From contig CAITHK010000267.1 in NCBI GenBank assembly GCA_903892175.1, forward strand, positions 146-64,145: DNA of 64,000 bases, in the 5' to 3' direction. The DNA is from an uncultured Burkholderiales bacterium. GTDB lineage: Bacteria > Pseudomonadota > Gammaproteobacteria > Burkholderiales > Burkholderiaceae_C. Shown in pieces: positions 1-8,878 of this stretch (its first letter is position 1; each line of letters begins with the position of its first letter). The notes under the pieces were generated by a model. It saw only the letters and a program-made list of their open reading frames with translations. It did no database searches and had not been told where the DNA came from. A program made the position numbers and the translations under genes.

Positions 1-160
1 CACGCCATGGGCACTTTGATGCCGTATCCATCAGAGGATCCACCCCGATTACTCGAAGTCTCTCGTCCTGACAGGCGCCAGCTCATGCCGTCAGCGTTCA
101 GCAGTCTTGTTTCCGTGCCCGTAGGCAGGGAGGCATCCTTAGCATCTCCTAGGGTGCAAA
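1..160 (-). mobile_element. Possible non-coding left end of an IS110/IS1111-family element (transposase would lie outside the window)
   Basis: No credible CDS here. GGGCAC (9-14) pairs with GTGCCC (115-120), and ATGCCGT is repeated at 19-25 and 85-91. The minus strand reads GGGGTGGATCCTCT...CGGCATCAAAGTGCC, which resembles IS110-family left ends from memory. Not verified by search. Confidence 0.3.
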
Positions 161-308
161 GAGATCACTATGCGAGTTTTTCTACTTTTTGCTAGGCCTG
201 AATTTGCAAGGTTTTGCGATTGGACAAGAGAAGACCTAATACGCAAGGCCAGCTCGACCCTCGAAAGCTAACCATGATCGGCCTAAGATTGCTCAAATTG
301 AACTGATG

Positions 309-658
309 TCTCAATGACCGGTCATGAGAAATCAAAGCAATTGAAAGCCATACGTCGAACGGCTCCTATCGCTGCGAACCGGCCGTTGATATGAAATTCT
401 TCAGAGACCGCAATGGGTCGAGAGCGTGAATTCACCGTTTCGAGCAGCGGACTTTCAACCACGCGCTTTCGGTGCGTTCGGCTAACCAGCTAGGCAAGAC
501 AACTGCAGTTCCTTCGATACCGGTCGTTCATGTCACCGCAATGCTCAGTGAGTCATTGACGGCTTTTTACCGAGCAATATGAAACAAGCACCTCAGTTCG
601 GCTGGCCGCTATCGCTGCAAAGCGACCTTCACAAAAAGGACAATGACCGAAATGCTCA
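309..658. repeat. Cluster of degenerate ~30-nt hairpin/palindromic repeat units
   Basis: CTATCGCTGC occurs exactly at 366-375 and 609-618. ACCG(C/A)AATG starts at 407, 535 and 646. AACGGC..GCCGTT stem at 358-387, and palindrome ATGACCGGTCAT at 314-325. Confidence 0.55.
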
Positions 659-666
659 AACCTTTT

Positions 667-681
667 ATGAGCTTTTCCTAA
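667..681. promoter_or_regulatory. Candidate LysR (T-N11-A) box upstream of FAH hydrolase
   Basis: ATGAGCTTTTCCTAA matches 11/15 to the reverse complement of the palindromic box at 8825-8839. Confidence 0.4.
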
Positions 682-774
682 CCGCCACCCGCCCGGTTTC
701 CTAAGAGACATCCCCCCACCAATCACCCCCTCCCCACGTAGCAAAATACACAGCAACTCCAAAAGGAATTGCCT

Positions 775-1632
775 GTGAAAATTTGTAGATTCGACAACGA
801 CCAACTCGGCCTGGTAGAGGCCGATGGTGTGCGTGATGTGACGGCTGCTTTGTCGGTGCTGCCCACCTGCCACTACCCCTTGCCACGCAACGATTTGCTG
901 ATCACGCATTTGCCTGCGGTGATGGCCGAGATCACGCGCATTGCACCTACCGCGCCCAAGCTGCCCCTGGCGGGGCGTCGCTGGCTGTCGCCAGTGGCCA
1001 ACCCCGGCAAGATTGTGGCGGCCCCGGTCAACTACAAAAAGCATTTGGACGAAGCCCGCGAGCAAGCCGAGATTCACCACAACAACCAGATTTTGGAAAT
1101 CCAAAAAATTGGTCTGTTCCTCAAGGCCAACAGTTCGCTGTGCGGTGCCAGTGCGGGCGTGGCCTTGCAGCACCTGGACCGTCGCAACGACCACGAGGCC
1201 GAGCTGGTGGTGGTGATTGGCAAGGGCGGTCGCAACATCAAAGCCGCCGATGCCTGGGGCCACATTGCGGCTTACTGCACCGGGCTCGACATGACGGTGC
1301 GCGGACCGCAAGAGCGCAGCTTGCGCAAGTCGATTGACAGCTACAGCGTTCTTGGCCCTTGGTTGGTCACCGCCGATGAAATCGGCCACGCCGATCAGAT
1401 GGATTTTTCATTGCACGTGAATGGCGAGTTGCGCCAACAAGCCAACACGCGCGATTTGCTGATTGGCATTCCAGAGCTGATTGAGTTTGCCTCGTCGTAC
1501 TACAGCTTAGAGCCCGGTGACTTGCTCTACACCGGCACGCCCGAAGGCGTGGCCCCGGTGGTGCCGGGCGATGTGATCACCACCTCGTTCGCTGGCATTG
1601 GCGAGATGACGGTGGCTGTGCGCGCCGCTTAA
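775..1632 (+). CDS. Fumarylacetoacetate hydrolase (FAH) family protein
   Basis: Motifs PGKIVAAPVNY, FLKA, DHEAELVVVIGK, DMTVRG, RKS and LEPGDLLYTGTPEG. GTG start at 775 chosen because AAAGGA lies 7 nt upstream. Confidence 0.93.
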   Translation: MKICRFDNDQLGLVEADGVRDVTAALSVLPTCHYPLPRNDLLITHLPAVMAEITRIAPTAPKLPLAGRRWLSPVANPGKIVAAPVNYKKHLDEAREQAEIHHNNQILEIQKIGLFLKANSSLCGASAGVALQHLDRRNDHEAELVVVIGKGGRNIKAADAWGHIAAYCTGLDMTVRGPQERSLRKSIDSYSVLGPWLVTADEIGHADQMDFSLHVNGELRQQANTRDLLIGIPELIEFASSYYSLEPGDLLYTGTPEGVAPVVPGDVITTSFAGIGEMTVAVRAA

Positions 1633-1642
1633 AGCACTGAGC

Positions 1643-1667
1643 CAAGCCCCAAGGGCTTTGGGGCTTG
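1643..1667. terminator. Hairpin between convergent genes (likely bidirectional terminator)
   Basis: CAAGCCCCAA-gggct-TTGGGGCTTG forms a perfect 10-bp stem. Confidence 0.65.
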
Positions 1668-1679
1668 AGCGCGGCAGGC

Positions 1680-2678
1680 TTACTCTCTCTCCAACCCACT
1701 GCGCTTGACAATCTCGCCCCAGTTTTTGAGTTCGCTGCGCAAATAGGCAGCGGCTTCTTCGGGGCTGGTGCTGGTGCGCGGTTGCAGGCCCAGCGACACC
1801 AGTTTTTGTTCCATGTCGGGCTGCGCCATCACGCTGTGCAGCGCGTTGTAGGTGTTCTTGACCACCTCTTTCGGGGTGCCCGCAGGGTAGAGCATCATCA
1901 GCCAGGTCACAGCCGTGAAGTCGGCAAAGCCTTGCTCAATCATGGTGGGCACCGAGGCCAGTGAACCGCTCAAGCGCTTGGAGCTGCCGGCTGCAAGGGC
2001 ACGCAAGCGGCCAGACTCCACATGGGCGCGCACCGCTGAGGCGGTTTCAAGTGCCATCGACACGTTGCCCGAAATCACATCGGTCAAGCCCGCCACGCTG
2101 CCTTTGTAGGGAATGTGGGTGATCTTCAAGCCCGCTTTGCGCTTGAGTTCTTCCATGGCCAGGTGCGACACCGTGCCGTTGCCCGAAGAGGCGTTGTTGA
2201 GCTTGTCGGGGTTGGCCTTGGCGTAGGCAATGAGTTCTTTGAGGTTGTTGACCGGCAAGTTGGGGTTGCACACCAGCACAAAGGGCAGATCGCCAATCAG
2301 GCCCACGGCTTCAAAGTCTTTGCCGCTGTCGTAGGGCACGCTCTTGTAAATGTGCGGGTTGGTGGCCACGGCAGACATGTGGGCAATCATCATCACCGAG
2401 CCGTTGGTGGGCGACTTGGCCAACTGGCCCAGCGCCAGGCTGCCGCCTTGGCCTGGGCGGTTGTCCACCACGTAGTTGTCTCCGGTGATGGCGCGCATGC
2501 GCTCGGCCAACACACGCGTGACCATGTCGGTGGCTTGCCCCGCAGGGAAGCCCACCACCACTTTCACCACCTTGCCGCTGTCCATGATTTGGGCGTGGCC
2601 CAAAGGCGTGGCACCCAATGCGGCAGCGCCTGCACTGGCCAGCACGAGTTGGCGGCGTGAGAGGTGAGAGGGGGTCAT
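1680..2678 (-). CDS. Bug/TctC tripartite tricarboxylate transporter substrate-binding protein with Tat-like signal
   Basis: Motifs VVGFPAGQATD, VDNRPGQGG, SSGNGT and HIPYKG; N-terminal SRRQLV twin-arginine motif. Confidence 0.93.
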   Translation of the reverse strand: MTPSHLSRRQLVLASAGAAALGATPLGHAQIMDSGKVVKVVVGFPAGQATDMVTRVLAERMRAITGDNYVVDNRPGQGGSLALGQLAKSPTNGSVMMIAHMSAVATNPHIYKSVPYDSGKDFEAVGLIGDLPFVLVCNPNLPVNNLKELIAYAKANPDKLNNASSGNGTVSHLAMEELKRKAGLKITHIPYKGSVAGLTDVISGNVSMALETASAVRAHVESGRLRALAAGSSKRLSGSLASVPTMIEQGFADFTAVTWLMMLYPAGTPKEVVKNTYNALHSVMAQPDMEQKLVSLGLQPRTSTSPEEAAAYLRSELKNWGEIVKRSGLERE

Positions 2679-2705
2679 GCATGTCTCCTAAATTTTTTGT
2701 TCAGC

Positions 2706-3377
2706 TCAATGCATCCAGCGGCCAGCGGCGATGGCGATGAACGCCCCCAGCAACGCAGCAGGTGCCAACCACCAACCGGGCACCAGGGTGGTGTCGTGTG
2801 GATGGGCATGTGCCGTGGCAGGGCTCGGTGCGCCAGCGGTTGCGCTGCTGGCCGATGCACCCGTGCTGGCAGTCGCCGGGGCGCTGGCTGCCACAGGCGC
2901 CGTGGCTTTGTCTTTGGCGCTGTCGGGCGCAGCCTCAGCAGGCACCAGTTGCAAACGGAAGGCTTTGAAAAAGTCATCCGTCATTTTTTTGGCCACGCTG
3001 TCGATCAGGCGTGAACCCACCTGGGCCAACTTGCCGCCCACTTGGGCGCGGGCTTCGTAGGCCAGTTCGGTGCCTTCTGGCGTGTCGCGCAGGGCCACGT
3101 TAGCGCTGCCTTTGCCAAAGCCCACGGCACCGCCTTGGCCTTCAAAGTGCATCAGGCACGAGCTGGGGGCATCCACCTCGCTCATGCGCAGGCTGCCTTG
3201 AAAGCGCGCGCGCAGTGGGCCAATGACGGTCTTGATGGCCACCTTGAATTCGTTGGGGGCGGTCAGCTCCACCGACTCGCAGCCTGGCAAGCAGGCTTTG
3301 AGTACCTCGGGGTTGTTGAGTGCAGCCCACACCACGTCGCGTGGCACGGGGATGACTTGTTTGCCAATGATTTCCAT
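2706..3377 (-). CDS. coxG: CoxG-like (SRPBCC) accessory protein with Ala/Ser/Thr linker and C-terminal membrane anchor
   Basis: Motifs VWAALNNPEVLKACLPGC and GGKLAQVGSRLI; low-complexity linker followed by a hydrophobic C-terminus. Confidence 0.88.
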   Translation of the reverse strand: MEIIGKQVIPVPRDVVWAALNNPEVLKACLPGCESVELTAPNEFKVAIKTVIGPLRARFQGSLRMSEVDAPSSCLMHFEGQGGAVGFGKGSANVALRDTPEGTELAYEARAQVGGKLAQVGSRLIDSVAKKMTDDFFKAFRLQLVPAEAAPDSAKDKATAPVAASAPATASTGASASSATAGAPSPATAHAHPHDTTLVPGWWLAPAALLGAFIAIAAGRWMH

Positions 3378-3384
3378 ACCGGGC

Positions 3385-4122
3385 TCAGTGCGCTTTGCGT
3401 TTCATGGCGGCCGAGGTGTTGACCATCGAGTGCAAGCTGCGCGCGTAGTCGATGGCGCCTTGCTCGTCCATGCGAGGGGCCACGCGCAAGTACTCTTTGA
3501 GACCCAAGATGGCAGGGCGTGGGCGGCTCAGCAAAATCTCGCAGAAGCGGTCCACTTCGGCTTGCAGCTTGTCGGCGGCCACCACGTTGCTGACGATGCC
3601 GTAGGTCATGGCCTGCTGGGCGCTGATGAAGTCGGCCGAATAGGCCATCCACAAAATGGCGTTGCGGTTCATGCGGTCGTACACAGCAGACATGACCATG
3701 GTGGGCATCACGTTGTGCGCGATTTCTGGAATGTTGAAAGTGGCGGTGTCACTGGCAAAAGACACGTCGCACAGCGACGCAATGGCGGTGCCAAAGCCCA
3801 TGCAGCGGCCTTCGATCACACCAATCACAGGCACCTTGCAGCTGCGCAGCGCTTTGTAGCTGTTGAAGATCGAGTCGTATTCGTCGCGGCGTGTGTAGGC
3901 TTCGGCGGCGGGCGGGGTGGTGCCTGCATCGCGGATGCGGCCGGTGCAAAAGTCGGGGCCTACGCTGGTGAGGATCACCGCGTCAGCGGTTTCGTGGGCG
4001 TTGAGCACGGCCTCAGACAAGGCCGCGGCCATGCTGTCGGACGTGCCGTTGTCTTCGGCGCGGTTGAGTTGGATGCGAAGAAGACGACCGTCTTGTTGGA
4101 TCAGCAGGTGGGGGTGGCTCAT
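3385..4122 (-). CDS. Enoyl-CoA hydratase/isomerase (crotonase) superfamily protein
   Basis: Motifs LNRAE, GPDFCTG, KVPVIGVIEGRCMGFG, CD and IPE. Confidence 0.88.
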   Translation of the reverse strand: MSHPHLLIQQDGRLLRIQLNRAEDNGTSDSMAAALSEAVLNAHETADAVILTSVGPDFCTGRIRDAGTTPPAAEAYTRRDEYDSIFNSYKALRSCKVPVIGVIEGRCMGFGTAIASLCDVSFASDTATFNIPEIAHNVMPTMVMSAVYDRMNRNAILWMAYSADFISAQQAMTYGIVSNVVAADKLQAEVDRFCEILLSRPRPAILGLKEYLRVAPRMDEQGAIDYARSLHSMVNTSAAMKRKAH

Positions 4123-4955
4123 GGTTGGCTCCAGGCGGGGGTGTTGAAAAAGTGGCGCATCAACGCAGCGTTGAAGGCGGTGGGTTGGTCAATGTTGGGC
4201 AGGTGGCCCGCGTCGGCAATGATTTCCAACTTGGCGTTGGGAATGACCTGACACAACGCGCCCATGACTTGCGGGAACACGCCGTCGTTGGCACCCGTCA
4301 GCAAGGTGGTGGGGGCTTGAATGCTGGCGGCTTGGGGCAGGTAGTTGAGGGTTTGAATGGCTTGGGCACAGCCCACAAAGCCTTCCACCTGGGTGGCACC
4401 CACGGTGTCTTGAAAACGCTTGGCGGTGTCGGGATGGGCGTCCAAAAACGCTTTACCAAACCAGCGCTCGGTGGTGGGCACGGCCAGCACGCCACAGCCT
4501 TGGGCACGGGCGGCGTCAATGCGTTCGTTCCACATGGCACCGGCGGCTTCGGGCATGTCGGCACGGCCGTCGCACAGCAACAAACTCAGCACGCGCTCAG
4601 GGTGGCGAATGCCCAAACCAAAGCCGCTCATGGCGCCCAGTGACAGGCCCACGTAGTGCGCGCGCTCGATGTGCAGCGCGTCCAAGATGGCGATGGTGTC
4701 GGCCACTAAGTCGTCCATCACATAGGGGGCGGGGCCGGCTTCAGAGCCGCCGTGGCCGCGAATGTCGGCACGCAGCACGCGCCAGCCACAGGCGGCCAGC
4801 AGCTCGGCTTGTTGGGCCCACATCATGCCCGACGACAAGATGGAGTGGCTCATCACAATGGCGGGGCCGTTGGGGTTGCCTTGTTCCAGCACCGAGAGGT
4901 TGCCCACGGGGCCGGGGATGTGGTGTTGCAGGGTGGTGTGGCTCATGTCAAACAT
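4119..4955 (-). CDS. Alpha/beta hydrolase, 3-oxoadipate enol-lactonase (PcaD)-like
   Basis: Motifs DIRGHGGS, nucleophile elbow GLSLG, GAND and AGHLPN. Confidence 0.88.
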   Translation of the reverse strand: MFDMSHTTLQHHIPGPVGNLSVLEQGNPNGPAIVMSHSILSSGMMWAQQAELLAACGWRVLRADIRGHGGSEAGPAPYVMDDLVADTIAILDALHIERAHYVGLSLGAMSGFGLGIRHPERVLSLLLCDGRADMPEAAGAMWNERIDAARAQGCGVLAVPTTERWFGKAFLDAHPDTAKRFQDTVGATQVEGFVGCAQAIQTLNYLPQAASIQAPTTLLTGANDGVFPQVMGALCQVIPNAKLEIIADAGHLPNIDQPTAFNAALMRHFFNTPAWSQP

Positions 4956-7344
4956 TTCCTTGTCTCTGTTGGAGGGCAGCCCAGATGGCCTGTGGGGTCA
5001 TGGGCAAATGGTCGATCGAGGCACCCAGGGGTGCCAAGGCATCGTTGACTGCGCTGGCAATGGCAGCCGGGCTGCCGAGGTAGCCCGCTTCGCCCGAACC
5101 TTTTTGGCCGAACTCGGTCAAGGGTGAGGGCGTGCAGTGGTCGACGATGGTAATGGCTGGCACTTCGGCCGAGGTGGGCAGCAGGTAGTCCATGAAGGTG
5201 CCGGCGAGCAATTGGCCTTCGTCGGAGAACGCAAACTTCTCCATCAGCGACGCACCCAGGCCGTGGGCAATGCCGCCGTAGGTCATGCCGTGAACCACAT
5301 CGGGGCTGATCATCACGCCGCAGTCGTGGCCGCACACATAACGCTGGATGCTGACTTTGCAGGTCTCGGGGTCGATGCTGGCCAAGATCACGTGCGACTC
5401 GAACGAGTGGCAGGGGTACATCTGGATGCGACCGTCTTCGGTGGGCAAGGCGCCTCCGGTGGGCACTTCCATCACAAACTTTTCTTGCAGGCCGGGCTCC
5501 ATGTGCTCGGGCAGCAGGTGGTATTTTCGGTGGGCCACATCCACCAAGGCGTCCCAACTCATGCGCACGCTGGGGTCGCTGCGCAGGTGCACATCGCCAC
5601 CTTCGTAGACCAACTGCTCGATGGGTTGCTTGAGGTTGTGGGCCGCAATTTGCAGCAGCTGTTGGCGAATTTTTTTGGCGGCACCGGCTGCTGCGCCACC
5701 CAGCATGATGGCCATGCGGCTGCCCACCGGGCTGTTGGAGGGCAGGGCGTTGAGCGAGTCGGCGTGGATGACGCGAATGCTGTCTGGTGCACGGTGCAAG
5801 ATTTCGGCCACCACGGTGGACACCAAGGTCTCGTGCGCTTGGCCCGAGGTGGAGGTAGCCATCAACGCCGTGACGGTGCCGCCTAAGTCCACGCGCACCA
5901 GGCACGAGTCCATCCAGGTGGTGGTTTGGTTCTTGGGGTTGAAGAGTGGCTCGAACGACGAGTTGCCGCCCGAAGGCTCCAAGCAGGTGGAGATGCCAAT
6001 GCCAGCCAACATGCCTTGGGCGCGCAGGCGGTCGCGCTCTTGCACGATGTGGGCCATGGGCGCGGCGTTGAGGGCTTTGTCCATCACGGTGGCGTAGTCG
6101 CCCGAGTCGTAGTGGGTGCCGCTGGGGATGAGGTAGGGGAACTCGTCCTTGCCAATCAGGTTGCGTCGGCGCAGCTCGATGCGGTCCATCTTGAGAAAGC
6201 GCGCCACTTTGTCGATGCCGGTTTCCAAGGCGTAGTTGGTGGGCGATTGGCCAAAGCCACGCACCGCCTCTTGGGGCGTCTTGTTGGTCATCACCGCCAT
6301 GGCGTGGTACTCGACGCTTTGAATGCGGTACGGCCCCACGATGGCGCCGACGGGCTTGCCCAACTGCAAGGGCGAGCGGCCCGAGTAGGCGCCAATGTCG
6401 TCCAAGGCGCGCATGCGCATGGTGCGCAAGGTGCCGTCGTTTTGAAAGCCCAGCGTCACATCAAAAATGCGATCCGGGCCTTGCATGTCGCCGCCGCGCA
6501 TGTTCTCGATGCGGTCTTCCACAAAGCGCACGGGGCGACCGAGTTTTTTGGCCAGGTAGCCCACCATGATGGAGTGCTTCAAGCCACGCTTGACGCCGTA
6601 GCTGCCGCCCACGTCTACGTCAAAGTGCACGCGCACACCGTTGCCGGGCAAGCGCAGGGCTTTGGCCAGTTGGTCGGGGAACTTGGGCATTTGGATCGAG
6701 GCCCACACGTCGAGCACTTCGGTGGCGTCGTTCCACTCGCAGGCCACGGCAAAGGTTTCGATGGGCACCGTAGAGTTACGCGCCCAGCGCACGCGGTAGC
6801 TCAGCTGGTGGTCGCACTTTGCAAAGTCTTCTTCGACCGGACCCCAAACAAACTTGCGGTCAAAAATCAGGTTCGAGCCGTGCGCAGGGTGCACCAGCGG
6901 TGCGTCGCTGTGCAGGGCTGCTTCGGGGTCCACGATGTGGGCGGTTTGTTCGTACTCGACCATCACCAGCTCGGCGGCGTCTTCGGCCAGAGCGCGGGTG
7001 TCGGCCACCACAGCGGCCACCCATTCACCGGCGTAGCGCGCAACGTCCGAGGCCATGGGAAAGCGCGTGACCTGAGGTGCATCCACGCCGGGCAACACCG
7101 GGTCGGTGGCGGCGCGCAGCTCAGCACCGGTGACCACCGCATGCACGCCGGGCATGGCCAGGGCTTGGCTGGCGTCGATGCTCAAAATCTTGGCGCTGGC
7201 ATAGGGGCTGGCCACCAAGGCCACGTGCAGCATGCCTTGGCGGTGGATGTCGGCGGCGTAATGGCCTTGGCCCACCACAAAGCGTTTGTGCTCTACCGCG
7301 CGGCGGTGTTTGCCGATGTAGCGAAAAGGGGTGGCGTCACTCAT
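4948..7344 (-). CDS. Xanthine dehydrogenase family molybdopterin-binding large subunit (CoxL-like, not a CO dehydrogenase)
   Basis: 798 aa; GGSYGVK, active-site loop AVRGFG and KGSGEAG with the catalytic Glu. Lacks the AYxCSFR motif of form I CODH. Confidence 0.92.
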   Translation of the reverse strand: MSDATPFRYIGKHRRAVEHKRFVVGQGHYAADIHRQGMLHVALVASPYASAKILSIDASQALAMPGVHAVVTGAELRAATDPVLPGVDAPQVTRFPMASDVARYAGEWVAAVVADTRALAEDAAELVMVEYEQTAHIVDPEAALHSDAPLVHPAHGSNLIFDRKFVWGPVEEDFAKCDHQLSYRVRWARNSTVPIETFAVACEWNDATEVLDVWASIQMPKFPDQLAKALRLPGNGVRVHFDVDVGGSYGVKRGLKHSIMVGYLAKKLGRPVRFVEDRIENMRGGDMQGPDRIFDVTLGFQNDGTLRTMRMRALDDIGAYSGRSPLQLGKPVGAIVGPYRIQSVEYHAMAVMTNKTPQEAVRGFGQSPTNYALETGIDKVARFLKMDRIELRRRNLIGKDEFPYLIPSGTHYDSGDYATVMDKALNAAPMAHIVQERDRLRAQGMLAGIGISTCLEPSGGNSSFEPLFNPKNQTTTWMDSCLVRVDLGGTVTALMATSTSGQAHETLVSTVVAEILHRAPDSIRVIHADSLNALPSNSPVGSRMAIMLGGAAAGAAKKIRQQLLQIAAHNLKQPIEQLVYEGGDVHLRSDPSVRMSWDALVDVAHRKYHLLPEHMEPGLQEKFVMEVPTGGALPTEDGRIQMYPCHSFESHVILASIDPETCKVSIQRYVCGHDCGVMISPDVVHGMTYGGIAHGLGASLMEKFAFSDEGQLLAGTFMDYLLPTSAEVPAITIVDHCTPSPLTEFGQKGSGEAGYLGSPAAIASAVNDALAPLGASIDHLPMTPQAIWAALQQRQGNV

Positions 7345-7831
7345 GGCTGTGCTCCTGGGGGGAGGTGGCGTGCATCACCGCATCCACAATTTGCTGGTAG
7401 CCAGTGCAGCGGCACAGGTTGCCGCTGATGGCCTCGCGCACTTGCGCCTCGCTGGGGTGGGGGTTGTGGGCCACCAAGGCGTGGCAGGCAATCAACATGC
7501 CGGGCGTGCAGTAGCCGCATTGCAGGGCGTGTTTTTCGCAAAACGAATCTTGAATCTTGGACAGGCAACCGCGTTCTGGCGCCAGGCCTTCGACGGTGGT
7601 GACGTTCATGCCATCGGCTTGCACAGCAAACATGCAGCACGAGCGCACGGGTTCGTCGTTGAGCAGCACCGAGCAGGCACCGCACACGCCGTGTTCGCAG
7701 CCCACGTGGGTGCCGGTCAGGGCCAGCTCGTCGCGCAAAAAGTCAACCAAGGTGGTGCGGGGCTCAACGTCGCGCTGTTGCAAGACGCCGTTGACGCGGA
7801 TTTGGACGGTCAGTTTGGAGGGCATGGTCAT
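7337..7831 (-). CDS. 2x[2Fe-2S] small subunit of Mo-hydroxylase (CoxS-like)
   Basis: Cys motifs GCEHGVCGAC..SC, QCGYC and NLCRCTGY. Confidence 0.94.
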   Translation of the reverse strand: MTMPSKLTVQIRVNGVLQQRDVEPRTTLVDFLRDELALTGTHVGCEHGVCGACSVLLNDEPVRSCCMFAVQADGMNVTTVEGLAPERGCLSKIQDSFCEKHALQCGYCTPGMLIACHALVAHNPHPSEAQVREAISGNLCRCTGYQQIVDAVMHATSPQEHSHE

Positions 7832-8700
7832 TCTTTCGGGGTGGCGGCTTGCAACAAGACACGGGCCAACAAGGCGGCGGCCAAATGGCGGCGGTAATCG
7901 GCGCTGGCGTGCATGTCACTGCCGGGGTCACAGGTTTGGGCGGCGGCGTGGGCCACGTCTTTGGCCAGCTCTGGGCTCAGGCGTTGGCCCACCAGCTGTT
8001 GCGCGAGTTCTGCAAACACCAGCGGTGTGCCGCTGACGCCACCCAAGCCAAAGCTGGCGCGTGCCACCAAACCTTGTGCATCGAGTTGCACCTGGCAAGC
8101 GGCCGAGGCCATGGCGAAGTCGCCGTGGCGAATGGCGGTTTCTTGAAACGCTGAGCCAATGCGCGTGCCTTGCCACAGCGGCCAGTCGATGCGGTGCAAC
8201 AAGTCGGTGTCGCCGATGGCGGTGAACATGGGGCCCATGAAGAAGTCTTGTGCCGCCACTGCGCGCGCGCCGTCTTCGGCGTTTTCAAGGTGCAGCGTGG
8301 CACCCAGAATCAAAGCGGTCAGGGGCAATTCGGCCGAGGGGTCGGCATAGGCCAAGCTGCCACCCACGGTGCCCCGGTTGCGGGTTTGCTGGTGCCCCAC
8401 CCAGTACAGGGCTTGGTGGATCAGCGGCAGCCGCTGGCCGATGTCGGCATGGCGCTCCACCTCGCACTGGCGCACACCGGCACCCAGGGTAAGGGTGTCG
8501 GGCGTGAGGGCGATGGTGCGCAGGGCGTCGAGGCGGTGGATGTCCACCAACAACTCAGGGCGCGCCAGGCGCATGGCCATCATGGGCACCAGGCTCTGGC
8601 CACCGGCAATCAGCTTGGCGTCGCCGCCGTGTTGCAGCAGCAGGCTCAGGGCGTGCGCGACATCGTCGGCACGGATGTAATCGAAGGCGGCGGCTTTCAT
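7828..8700 (-). CDS. FAD-binding medium subunit of Mo-hydroxylase (CoxM-like)
   Basis: Motifs MKAAAFDY, IAGGQSLVP, RNRGTVGGSL and SADYRRHL. Confidence 0.93.
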   Translation of the reverse strand: MKAAAFDYIRADDVAHALSLLLQHGGDAKLIAGGQSLVPMMAMRLARPELLVDIHRLDALRTIALTPDTLTLGAGVRQCEVERHADIGQRLPLIHQALYWVGHQQTRNRGTVGGSLAYADPSAELPLTALILGATLHLENAEDGARAVAAQDFFMGPMFTAIGDTDLLHRIDWPLWQGTRIGSAFQETAIRHGDFAMASAACQVQLDAQGLVARASFGLGGVSGTPLVFAELAQQLVGQRLSPELAKDVAHAAAQTCDPGSDMHASADYRRHLAAALLARVLLQAATPKE

Positions 8701-8824
8701 GGGCTGATGTTCCGAATGGCTGTGGGGGTGTGCTGACTATTTCTCACGCGCGGCTCCTTCTTGGGTCGGGCCGGAGTGTCGGTCAAATTAGCCCCTGTGT
8801 GCAATTCAGTAATATTCACGTTGT

Positions 8825-8839
8825 ATGAGAAAATCTCAT
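8825..8839. promoter_or_regulatory. LysR-type operator (T-N11-A palindrome) in divergent promoter
   Basis: ATGAGA-aaa-TCTCAT is a perfect inverted repeat between the coxM-like and lysR starts. Confidence 0.7.
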
Positions 8840-8878
8840 GTGCCAACGCATCGCTCCTAACTAACATGGTGCCCACTT

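Noticed and set aside
7-195. 62-aa ORF
   Set aside because: No recognisable motif and atypical codon usage; it overlaps the structured non-coding segment.
309-658. CRISPR array or integron attC array
   Set aside because: Repeats are non-identical and irregularly spaced, no cas or intI gene is in the window, and no clear RYYYAAC/GTTRRRY pairs were seen.
2790-2940. Ala/Ser/Thr-rich quasi-repeat
   Set aside because: This is the ordinary flexible linker of CoxG before its membrane anchor.
2706-8700. Aerobic carbon monoxide dehydrogenase (coxMSL-coxG)
   Set aside because: The large subunit lacks AYxCSFR and no coxDEF genes are present, so it is treated as a Mo-hydroxylase of unknown substrate.
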